64,000 nt of DNA, taken from the NCBI GenBank assembly GCA_051313645.2, contig JBNRSN020000016.1, positions 127,534,001-127,598,000 of the forward strand, written 5' to 3'. Under the pieces are notes generated by a model. It was not told where the DNA came from and did no database searches. It worked only from the letters and a program-made list of their open reading frames with translations. The position numbers were made by a program, and so were the translations under genes. Source of the stretch: Centroscyllium fabricii (taxonomy: Eukaryota). Of the stretch, positions 26,208-37,243 are shown in pieces; within the stretch, counting starts at the first letter, position 1; each line of letters begins with the position of its first letter.

Positions 26208-26593
26208 ACATAGAAACATAGAAGATAGGAGCAGGAGTAGGCCATTCGAGCCTGCTCCGCCATTCAATGAGATCATGGCTGATCATCCAAACCCAGTACC
26301 CCGCCCCTGCCCTCTCCCCATATCCCTCGATCCCTATCGAGCCTGCACTGACATATCCCACCCTATCCCCGTAACCCCACATATTCAATCCCCCTAACAC
26401 TAAGGGTCCATTTATCCTGGCCAATCAACCTAACCCGCACATCTTTGGACTGTGGGAGGAAACCGGAGCACCCGGAGGAAACCCACGCAGACAAGGGGAG
26501 AATGTGCAAACTCCACACAGATAGTACCCGAGGCTGGATTTCAACCTGGGTCTCCAGTGCTGTGAGGCAACAGTGCTAACCACTGTGCCACCG
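26208..26593 (-). mobile_element. HE1-like SINE tail A
   Basis: Full copy of the family. Confidence 0.92.
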
Positions 26594-28180
26594 AGTTCAT
26601 GAAATAAATACTGTATGTTACCATCGAAGTTTTTTTATCCCTTTTTCATAGACTGATTATGCAATTGGGATCAAGTTCACCAACACAAACAGCCCATTTG
26701 TTATTGAATCCGGAGCATGCCCTGGTGTTGCTGTTTATGCTGGAAAATAACTGGAACTAGTCACTAAACTGTGCAAATACATTTTCCTTCATTTCTTTAC
26801 CCCCACTGTGTAGTATATAATTTAAAAAGCCAACAGCTAGTATGCCGTTCGCGCACATCCTATTGATGGGCATGCTGGGGTCATCAGCCAATAGCAGCGT
26901 TTGATACTTCGCCTCATGAGTGGGGAAACCAGGTTTAGGCTTTCCTTCTTCACTAGCCCAGAGCACTAAGGCCAATTGTAGCATCCTAGAGTTGCCTCTA
27001 GCTGAAGGAGGATAATTCCAGGTTCAATCTATAGAACTCTATTGCACACTTACTAAGCTTTAAACAGAGGTTTTATAATGTGGTTCTATGAAGATTACTC
27101 AATTGTATGCTTCTCTATTCTTTCTCCATTCCACCCAAACTGCTGAGCTCCCAACATGAATTTCAAAAACTCTATAGCCTTGATATCAACAACTGTGAGC
27201 TCTTTGTTATTTTTCCCCATTGTAACCTTGGACAAGTAGTGAAGGAAATTGTATCAAAACATAGCTCCTCTCGTTCTACATGTACAGAGCGCAGCTCAAA
27301 GGGCTTTATGCTATTCAAAGTATTATTGTTCCAAAAGCCTTCCATCAGGACCATCAAAGCATAGTTTTTCCAAGGACAAAATTTAAAAGCTCAAGTCAGA
27401 TTTTCTATCAGAAAAAAACCCAGGAGATAAGAAAAGACTGGATGTTAGAAACAAATGCACAGGTTGGTCAAATCTCAGGCAAAAAACCAAAACATCTTTC
27501 TTGGTATGTTTTTTCCAGCATTTTCTTGTCTTAAAGATTTAAAGAACTGAGTTAAGCACTTGTAATGTAGCTTCATTTTGGAAGGGGATCCCCAGTCCTC
27601 GAGGGGAAAATTGAATTTAAGCAGGCTTCATTTTCAGCAGTGATCAGCAACTTGTTTGCAAACAGCATTAATTTTCAGGATGCAACATCAATTTCAATAA
27701 AATCACAAGATGTGCCCCTGTGGAGCTCAGAATGAAGAGCATCAGCCTAGAAACTTAACTTAGACATTCACAGCCAGGTCACTCATTACTGGTCGCTAAG
27801 GAGTTCAGCTGCAACTGGGCTAGCAATATGGGAAGGCAGCAAACCACAAATGATACATCATACTCCCAAGCATTTGTGGGAAGGGTAGAATTGTCCCACA
27901 GGTTAAGATGAAAGGTTTATGCCTACCACTTTGCCATGTTCCAGCCATATCTCGAGGAAAAGCTAAAGGAATCACCCCATGTGAACTTAAGTAAAGTGCA
28001 GGAGTAGGCCATACAGCCCCTCGAGTCTGTTCCGCCATTCAATAAGATCATGGCTGATCTTTGACCTCAACTCCAGCTTCCTGCTCTATCCCCATATCCC
28101 TTGGTGCTCAAACATCTATCAATCACAGTCATGGCCTGTTACAAAACGCCATCTGCAGAGATCCAGGAGAGAGGGGTTAT

Positions 28181-28474
28181 CATAGAATCCCTACAGTGCA
28201 CATAAGAGGCCATTTCGGCCCATCGAGCCTGCACCGACATATCCCACCCTATCGCCGTAACCCCACATATTTAATCCCCTTAACACTAAGGGTCAATTTA
28301 TCATTGCCAATCAACCTTAGCCGCACAGCTTTGAACTGTGGGAGGAAATCGGAGCAACCGGAGGAAACCCACGCAGACACGGAGAATGTGCAAACTCCAC
28401 AGATAGTACCCGAGGCTGGATTTGAACCCGGGTCTCTAGTGCTGTGAGGCAACAGTGCTAACCACTATGCCACC
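28181..28474 (-). mobile_element. HE1-like SINE tail B
   Basis: Same head and core, but ends GCAGGCTCGATGGGCCGAAATGGCCTCTTATGTGCACTGTAGGGATTCTATG. Confidence 0.9.
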
Positions 28475-28529
28475 CTAACCCCTCAACCCAAGTGACTGTG
28501 CATGGGTCAGGGAAAACAGGCATCATCCT

Positions 28530-29712
28530 CAAACCAGGACCACTCAGTTCCAGACCTCATTACAGCCTTGGTCCAAACTTGGACAAAAGAGCCGAGTTCC
28601 AGGTGAGGAGAGAGTGACCGCCCTTGACATCAAGGCAGCATTTGTCAGAGTGTGCCATCAAGGAGCCCTAGTAAAACTGAACTCAATGGGAATCGGGGGG
28701 AAAACTCTCCACGGCTGGAGTCATACCTAGCACTAAGGAAGATGATTCTGGTGGTTGGAGGCTAATCATCTCAGCCCCAGGACATCGCTGCAGGAATTCC
28801 TCAGGGTAGTGTCACAGGCCCACCATCTTCAGCTGCTTCATCAATGACCTCTTCCCCTTCCCCCCCCCCCCCCTTCATAAAAGGTCAGATGTGGGGATGT
28901 TCACTGATGATTAGTGTTCAGTTCCATTCGCAACTCCTTAGATAATGAAACCGTCCGTGCCCGCATCCAGCAAGACATGGGCAACATTAGGCTTGGGCTG
29001 ATAAGTGGCAAGCCACAAAAGTACCATCTCCAACAAGACAGTCTAACCACCTTCCCTTGAGATTCAATGACATGACCATAGAAATCCTCACCATAAAACT
29101 TAACTGGACCAGCCACAAATACTGTGGCTATAGGAGTAGGTTAGAGGCTGGGTATTCTGCAGCGAGTGACTCGACTCTATAAAGCCTTTCCACGATCTAT
29201 AAAGGCACAAGTCAGGAGTGTGAAGAATACTCGCCACTTGCCTGGATGAGTGCAGCTCCAACACTCAAGAAGCTCGACATCATCCAGGACAAAGCAGCCC
29301 GCTTGATTGGCACCCCATTAAACATTCACGCCCTCCACCACCGGCACACCATGTCTGCAGTGAGTACCATCTACAAGATGCACTGCAGCAATCCTCAAGG
29401 CTACTTTTGACAGCACCTCCCAAACCCACAACCTCTGCCACCTTGAAAGACAAGGGCAGCAGGTGCATGTGAACACCAGCACCACCTCCAAGTCACACGC
29501 CATTTCTGACTTGGAAATATTTTGGCGTTCCTTCATCATCGCTGGGTCAAAATCCTGGAACTTCCTACCTAACAGCACTGTGGGAGCACCTTCACCACAC
29601 GGACTGCAGCGGTTCAAGGAGGCGGCGCACCACCTTCTCGAGGGCAACTAGGGATCAGCAATAAATGCTGGCCCTGCCAGCGACGCCCACATCGTGATTG
29701 AATTTTAAAAAT
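28530..29712 (+). mobile_element. CR1/L2-clade LINE 3' part (decayed RT)
   Basis: Aligns by eye to 53200-54760 (ALDIKAAF, GxPQGSV). Tail CAATAAATGCTGGCC...GACGCCCACATC. Confidence 0.85.
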
Positions 29713-30510
29713 GGATAACAATGTTAACAGATTTAAAACAAGCATCATGAAATGCATATTTCAAGTATACACCTATGCAACATGTCCTACTCAAATACAC
29801 CAAGCAGCAGAATTGGAATCGCAGTAAAGGCAGCTGCCCATACAGTGCCAAGAGGGCTCTGATTTGACTGCAAAATCACGGTTAATATTGCAGGCATGTA
29901 CCGAGTCCAAAATAGTAATCCCATAAAGGGACATACCAAGGAAACATGTCACTGCAAGGGAACACCCCACAAGTGTCCTGAAGAAGCTGGACCATAAAGA
30001 ATGTATGGAAGAGCACAGCAGGGAGGAAAACCATTCCAAATTACCATTTTGAATTCAAATATAAATTTCCCCAATAGTAATAAAGTCCTCATAGTCTGTC
30101 CTCACTAATTTCTTAAAAACATAAAAAAATAGGAGTCGTCGGCCATTCGAGCCTGCTCCGCCATTCAATGTGATCATGGCTGATCCTCTATCTCAATACC
30201 ATATTCCCGCTCTCTCCCCATACCCCTTGATGCCTTTTGTCTAGAAATCTATCTATCTCCTTCTTAAATATATTCAGTGACTTGGCCTCCACAACCTTCT
30301 GTGGTAGAGAATTCCACCCTGAGTGAAGAAATTTCTCCTCATCTCAGGCCCAAATGTCCTACCCCGTATCCTGAGACTGTGACCCCCCCAGCCAGGGGAA
30401 ACATTTTCCCTGCATCTAGTCTGTCTAGCCCTGTCAGAATTTTATATCTTTCAATGAGATTCCCTCTCATTCTTCTAAACTCGTGAATACAGGCCTAGTC
30501 GGCCCAATCA

Positions 30511-31213
30511 GGGCGGCACAGTGGTTAGCACTGTTGCCTCACAGCACTGGAGACCCGGGTTCAAATCCAGCCTTGGGTACTATCTGTGTGGAGTTTGCAC
30601 ATTCTCCCCGTGTCTGCGTGGGTTTCCTCCGGGTGCTCCGGTTTCCTCCCACAGTCCAAAGATGTGCGGCTTAGGTTGATTGGCCATGATAAATTGACCC
30701 TTAGTGTTAGGGGGATTGAATATGTGGGGTTACGGGGATAGGGTGGGATATGTGTTGATGCAGGCTCGAATGGGATCGAGGTATATGGGGAGAGGACAGG
30801 GACAGGGTACTGGGTTTGGATGATCAGCCATGATAATAATAATAATAATAATAATAATTCAACTTTATTGTCATTATACAATGTACAAGTACATGAACAA
30901 CGAAATGATATCTTGCAAGCTCCCAAGAGTCCAGCAAAGCCGCTGCGTCTGTGCGCGCCACCATTCCATCTTTCCATCATTCCGACAATCTTCAGCCAAC
31001 CGCCCCTCCCCGGGGCTCCTTTCGTGACCTTCTGCACCTGGTATTCCCTGGAGGTCACCCATCCAAGTACTAACCAGGCCTGGCTCTGCTTAGCTTCCAA
31101 GCCTTGCCAGTGGCCCTGTCCCTAGTCCCAGGAACAGGGTTATTGAATGATCTCATTGAATGGCGGAGCAGGCTCAAAGGGCCGAATGGCCTACTCCTGC
31201 TCCTAGTTTCTAT
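30511..31213 (+). mobile_element. HE1-like SINE tail A split by the 5S-derived SINE
   Basis: Head GGGCGGCACAGTGGTTAGC at 30511. Tail broken at GATCAGCCATGAT and resumes TCTCATTGAATGG at 31151. Confidence 0.9.
30835..31146 (-). mobile_element. 5S rRNA-derived SINE (SINE3-like) with Rex1-type 3' tail and (TTA)n end
   Basis: Minus strand GGAAGCTAAGCAGAGCCAGGCCTGGTTAGTACTTGGATGGGTGACCTCCAGGGAATACCAGGTGC matches the 3' half of 5S rRNA (internal control region). Tail ...AATGACAATAAAGTTGAATTATTATT. TSD ATGAT at 30830-30834 and 31147-31151. Confidence 0.8.
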
Positions 31214-34069
31214 CTCTCCTCATAAGACAGTCCTGCCATCCCAGGAATCAGTCTGGTGAGCCTTCGCTGCACTCACCTCTATGGCAAGTATATCCTTTTC
31301 TTAGGTAAGGAGATCAAAACTGCACAGTACTCCAGGTGTGGTCTCACCAAGGCCCTGTACAACTGTAGTAAGACACCCTTGCTCCTGTACTCAAATCATT
31401 TTGCAATGAAGGCCAACATACTATTTGCCTTCCTAAGGCAAAACTCTGATACCTCGACCAAGTGGGCATTCCGGATAGTCCCGATTGTAGAGAGTATTAT
31501 AGCTTAACTCAGTCCTGTCCTGACCTTCTATTCCATTCATTAGTACAATTTTATCAATGGATCTTTCTTACAACTTCTGTGTCAAATTCAAGGATGTTAT
31601 GCTCAGAAGATGATTTAAACAAACCAATTCTTCTTTAAAAGGAACATTAAACCCAGAGTTAAAAAGAAAACGACAGTAAAGGCAACTCTCAGGTTTGATT
31701 CCCTGTCAGATTAGCTAAACTCAAGCAGTGGGCCACTTGAGCCTCTAGATTTAGGCTGGGGACGGGGCGGACGGAGGAGAAAGTCAGCACGGTTCACCCT
31801 CCCAATCATTGCCCAGTAATTTCTACCGGAAAGTGCCAAGGACAGGACTGAGTTAAGCTAGAATACTCTCTACAATCAGGACTATCCTGCTCACACACTG
31901 AATGCGCACTTGGTCGAGGTATCAGAGTTGTCAGCATCCACAGCTGAGTGCGTTAGCTCGCCCAGGTGACTAAAGACTGAGTGGATAGATCAGCAATGAG
32001 CACAGGTGCAGAGAGAAGAAAGATTGATTCTGTGCTTTTACAGCAGTTTGTTTTTAATAAATATTTACAGAAGTAGCCTGGTCATTAGGTAAAGTGACAT
32101 GAAATGCTGGATGTTGATCCTGTAAGGCAAGGACAGGCATCTGGTAGAGCTAGTTGAAGCCCAGGGAAGGGGGCACAATTTTCCAGCAGTGCTAGCCATC
32201 AGTGGGTAGTTTTGGAGGGAGCTTTGAGGACAGACAAGGGATTGGGCTACCAAACTTGTTAAAGTCACTTGTTCAGGAGTGAAGACAAAGATCCATTGTA
32301 CCTGGTCTCAGCTGGCTGGCTGTTTTCCCTTCCACCCATCCCCTCATTCTAACCCCAGTACTTTGAAGTCATTCAGCAAGCAAATGTGATGAGAGCCAAG
32401 CACTGACAAACCAATCAAGGAAAGGTGACCATCTTGCCTCAGGATTTGAACAGGACTGTGGTCCATAGTATGCTGTTTCGACCAGAGCATTGGGGGGGGG
32501 GGGGGGGGGGGGACACCCCCGACTCATGTCACAACAATGGAACATTCCACCTTGCAGTGATTATGAAATAATTCAAAAACCACTACACTATACCGAGACT
32601 AAGCAGATAACCACAGCTAATCACGCAAATTTAATTTTAAGAGCAATTCTTCCTTTGTGAACACCAATGCTTTAAGTATCTTACGGTTTATTTGACACTT
32701 CACTGATTTCAGACAGTACCCCACTCAGAGTCCTAGTTTTGGCCAGAGGGTGGAAAAAAGAACTTCATCTCAACTCTGGAATCAATATGGTAGATCAGGT
32801 CTTTCTGGTAACGACTAGGGTCTTCGTCAATAACGACAGTACATTCCCATCATTCTAGAACTTCATAAAGTTTTAAAGAGTCATGAAATGTTACCTTACT
32901 TTAGGAATGAATTATATACCTCAGGGCTCGACAAACCCGCTTGCCCGGGGCAAGCAAAATGCACCATCGAGCAAGCAAAAGAAATTCGCACTTGCCCAAC
33001 CGGGCAAGCGATGTGCGGACATGACCCGAGCCTGCACAGTGGCCGGGTCTGGCAATAGCGCTGAGGGTGTGCGCGCGCAGCCAGGTGGCGAGCGGGGTGA
33101 AGAGGCGGGCGGACCGTGGGGTGAAGAGGGAGGCTGCGGGGTCACAGCCTGCAAAGCTTATTTTGGATTATTATGCTGTCCTGGTGTGTGTTTTTAACAA
33201 TATGCTCGCCCCTCCTCTGCTGGGTCCCAACTCCGTAGCACCTTACCCCAGAGGTTATTCTTCAGGCTAATCAAACACGGGGGGGGCGCGGAGGGGAAGA
33301 GAGAGAGGCACCAGAGTCTGATCTTGTCCCAACGTCCAGTCAAGAAGACTTGGCAGCAGCCGTTACTAGATAGCAATCAGAGTTGGGGGGGGAGGGGGGT
33401 GTTGTGGGGGTAACTTGGTATGATTTTCACCCTCTTAGTCCAGGGGTGCGGAGGCCAATTGTAGCCCACCCTAACACTGTTGCACCAGCTGAAATCAGCC
33501 AGCTCAACAGACTAGGAGTAGAACCTGGGATCGTGGAAGATAGGAGGAGCACTAGTAGGCGGGGTGAAGAAGCGACGATGAAAAGGCAGCGAGCAGCGAT
33601 GACGAAGCGGGCCGCGGGGTGAAGCCGCGCTCTCAGTTGGTCATTCGGCCAGGCACCGCAGTCCAATGGCGGACCCCAGTTGGGGCCAGGGGTTGGCGCT
33701 GCTCCTCTGGTGGGCTGGAGCTGCTGCTGCTTGGGGAGCGTGTGTCAGGGCAGTCCCAGGGTCAACGGGCATGAAGGATGAGTGCCGGGCCGGGCACACT
33801 ATTATAGTACTTATAATACAAAAATATAGTACAAAAATAACAGATGGCCAGCCAATAAATTACCTGAATTAAATAGTTCTGATGTTCAAACCTGTGGTTG
33901 CAGTTTATTACATCACCAGAATCCTGCATGTCAAGTACGGTCATATCTTCCTGCCATCCATCATTACCCAATATTTGTTTTTACAAAGTCATAGAGTCAT
34001 AGCGTTTTGCAGCACAGAAAGTGGCCCTTCGGCTCATCGCATCCGGGCCGGCCATCGAGCCCCGTCTAT

Positions 34070-34141
34070 TCCCTGGTGGTCTAGTGGTTAGGAATCGGCG
34101 CTTTCACCGCCGTGGCCCGGGTTCAATTCCCGGTCAGGGAA
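34070..34141 (+). tRNA. tRNA-Glu(TTC) copy, probably retroposed, fused 5' of a SINE
   Basis: TCCCTGGTGGTCTAGTGGTTAGGAATCGGCGCTTTCACCGCCGTGGCCCGGGTTCAATTCCCGGTCAGGGAA, 72 nt. Differs at 3-4 positions from vertebrate tRNA-Glu (two look like CpG decay). Cloverleaf and A/B boxes retained. Confidence 0.9.
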
Positions 34142-34151
34142 CAGTGAGTAT

Positions 34152-34545
34152 GGGTGGCACGGAGGCATAGTGGTTAGCACTGTTGCCTTACAGCACTAGA
34201 GGCCCGGGTTCAAATCCAGCCTCGGGTACTGTGTGTGTGTAGTTTGCACATTCTCCCCGTGTCTGCATGGGCTTCCTCCGGGTGCTCCGGTTTCCTCCCA
34301 CAGTCCAAAGATGTGCGGGTTAGGTTGATTGGCCATGATAAATTGACCCTTAGTGTTAGGGGGATTGAATATGTGGGGTTACGGGGATTGGGTGGGATGT
34401 GTGTCGGTGCAGGCTCGAGAGGGATATGGGGACAAGGCAGGGACAGGGTGCTGGGTTTGGATGATCAGCCATGATCTCATTGAATGGCGGAGCAGGCTCG
34501 AAGGGCCGAATGGCCTACTCCTGCTCCTATCTTCTATGTTTCTAT
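34152..34545 (+). mobile_element. HE1-like SINE tail A, directly downstream of tRNA-Glu
   Basis: Full copy starting GGGTGGCACGG, 10 nt after the tRNA. Confidence 0.92.
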
Positions 34546-34834
34546 TCTAATCCCATTTTCCAGCATTTGGTCTGTAGCCTTGTATGCTGTGGCGTTTCAA
34601 GTGCTCATCCAAATGCTTCTTGAATGTTGAGGGTTCCTGCCTGTACCACCCTTTCAGGCAGCGAGTTCCAGATTCCAACCACCCTCTGGGTGAAAGTTCC
34701 TCCTTAAATCCCCTCTAAACCTCCCGCCCCGTACCGTGAAACTATGCCCTCTGGTTATTGATGCCCTCTACCAAAGGGAAAAGTTCCTTTCTATCCACCC
34801 TATCTATGCCCCTCATAATTTTGTAAGAAGTCAC

Positions 34835-34939
34835 ACACCAGGTTATAGTCTAACAGTTTTATTTGAAATCACAAGCTTTCGGAGCGCTGCTCCTTCATCA
34901 GGTGATTTCAAATAAAACTGTTGGACTATAACCTGGTGT
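34835..34939 (-). ncRNA. Minimal type I hammerhead ribozyme motif (Penelope-like terminal repeat) with a 38-bp stem I
   Basis: Minus strand ...gaaatcac-CTGATGA-a-GGAGCagcGCTCC-GAAA-gc-TT-gtgatttc... Arms 34835-34872 and 34902-34939 are reverse complements with one mismatch. Confidence 0.7.
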
Positions 34940-36905
34940 TACATAGAAACATAGAAGATAGGAGCAGGAGTAGGCCATTCGAGCCTGCTCCGCCATTCAA
35001 TGAGATCATGGCTGATTCTCAGATTCCATTTTGTTTCAGATTGAAAAAGGTGGGGTAGTTTGCATCCTTTTGCAGAGTGCCAGACCAAAACAAGCCACAT
35101 CAATGATAGAGAGAGCGAGATCCTGACATCTAATATATCATGCACAAACTTACCCGACGCTTTTCAAGCAGACCCACACCCAACCCTAACAGTCGTGCAA
35201 TCCTGCTGACAGACAGGCCAGAAGCAACTCACTCCATTCCTGGCAGTAAAACCTGTCTCCAATCCTGCACCCACACAAACCAGTTAATTGCTGGATCACT
35301 GCTGACTCAGGAATTCCACACCAAAGGATCATCCAAACTACTGCTTACCAAAGCCTAGACTTTTGTTTCTGAAGGTAGTTAACACTTTCAGGCCAACTGA
35401 AAGTTGCCTGAATTTATCTGCAGAATGCCATTCTTTAAAGCGGTGGGTTCAGGAGCCTCGGTGGGAGGCCCGATGCGCGCATTACAAACATGAAACCATG
35501 GGTAATACTTCCACATCATTCCAGCCACTAGAAAACATACTTCTCTTTCTGGTGTGATGTCCACATTAACAGCTTACAAGAAGAACTTTACACATTGGGT
35601 TTCAAAATCTGTTTTTCTACATATGCAATGCAGCATTTCACAGTGCAACAGCTCACTATGAAGACTTGACATTAATCTAGACGAGCGCCATTATCTGCAC
35701 AAACTACTGCTACAAGGAGCTGGTCTCTTCTGGCCCCACTACAAAATGTTTTTGCAGCTCTCCACCCACAATATCAAGAGGTTAAGCAAATTTGTTCCCC
35801 TCAAATCAGACAGTAAGTACCTGTACAGCCCGTTTCTCCACCCCCACCCCCGATTTCCAAAAATCAGGACTCACTTCACCTCGGGGACATTGGCACAGGA
35901 TATTTTGCAACAGAAAAGTTCAGACAGGCTAGCGGCAGGGCTCCACAAGATGCAAGTTTCTACAGCAGGCACAGTGGGTTATTAAATTAATTGTTTAACT
36001 GACCATAAGCCATTCACAATCACAAACCATTGCTTAAGGTTGGCTTTCTACTCAACACCGAGGAGAAATGCAGCTTTCTGTGGATGGCTGTTGATCTGAT
36101 GTAATTGAGATGTAGTCATCTGTTGCCATTTGTTTCAGTAGATCTTGAAAGCAGTTTTGAAGAATTCTGTAGACGCCTTGGCAAAGATCAAAAATATCGG
36201 GCCCAGGGTAGTGGGATTGATTGCCAGTTGTATCGGAGACTTGAGAAGGGGACGCAATCACAGGCAGCTTGCGGACAGGGCATTCTGTTGACTATGGGGT
36301 GGAACATCTCCTGGTCGCCCGATGATCAGAATTACCAGATAAATGGCGTAAATGGCCATTTACACGGCTCTGCCGTGGCTTCTGAAGTTGCAGTGGCAGA
36401 CCGGGAAAAATCCCTGTGGAAATTCTATCGCCATGTGTTTAGTCTACAGCGAGTGCTTCAGCTTTGCAGCCAGCGTGCTCAGTGTTGACCAGAAGAGCTG
36501 GGTCAATTCTGAGACACTGATATGTTACACAGCACAAGTAGAGTTTATGTTTTAAAGTCTCTGTTTAGAGAGAAAAAAGTGAATGGTATTTTATTCACCA
36601 AGGAGAGCAGAGAAATGCAGGATTCACTTTTATACCATTTACATCTTATGTAAATAAAACCAATGTTGGTTCAGTCTCTGTCTGCAAAAGTGTATATTCA
36701 TTCCACTTTCAAAGAGAAGAGATCCATGTGGCAGTGCATGATACATTCCAGTAGCCAGTGTACAAAGCAAGGGTCTAGAGTTATGATCCCTGGGTCTTGC
36801 CATTATTTACCCAGATAATGGACAATAAAGGCCGCATGTTGTGTCAGAGCGGGAGGTCTGCTTACAGGAAATATCTAGATAAAAATCAACAACATTTGAT
36901 CACTA

Positions 36906-37243
36906 CAAGTTGAGCTTCGTTAATCTGGCACGGTTGGGACCAGAGTCGTGCCAAATTTTTCAAAAATCCGAATGATTGAAGTTCGCCGAGCGCATGTGCA
37001 GACCATTCAAAATGGCCACCGCAAAATTTTGAATGGGCTGCGCATGCGCTCGCCGAGAGGCCCGGGCATGCGCAGCCAAGTGCGACGGCCATATTACGCA
37101 TGTGCAGACCAATCGGGGAGACCTGGGCATGCGCAGCCACGCGCAGTGGCCATTTTGCGCATGCGCAGACCAGTCGGCCAAATTCGTGCCGGACGTTTGA
37201 AGTTGCCGGACAAACGGTGTCCAGATTAACGGTGCTCAACCTG
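36906..37243. mobile_element. Tigger/pogo-like MITE, copy 2
   Basis: CAAGTTGAGCTTCGTTAATCTGG ... CCAGATTAACGGTGCTCAACCTG; interior matches copy 1 in reverse orientation. Confidence 0.88.

Larger units (their letters stand above)
30120..31433 (-). mobile_element. CR1 LINE 3' fragment hosting a nested SINE-in-SINE
   Basis: CR1 tail and ORF2 end at 30120-30510, resuming at 31214-31433; matches 58310-58970. Confidence 0.85.
33988..34825 (-). mobile_element. CR1 LINE 3' end hosting the tRNA-SINE chimera
   Basis: Tail AGTCATAGAGTCATAG...GGCCCTTCGG..., interrupted at TCTATT^CTAATCCC and continuing to ~34825. Confidence 0.8.

Noticed and set aside
31030-31101. 5S rRNA gene
   Set aside because: Only the 3' ~70 nt match, with several substitutions, and it is embedded in a TSD-flanked retroposon.
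32922-33893. GC-rich stretch as a CpG-island promoter or intact hAT element (starts CAGGGCTCGACAA)
   Set aside because: No convincing second TIR or TSD and no exon evidence. Probably transposon debris; left uncalled.
36105-36488. 127-aa ORF in TRIM71 intron 2
   Set aside because: No recognisable homology or supporting splice structure.
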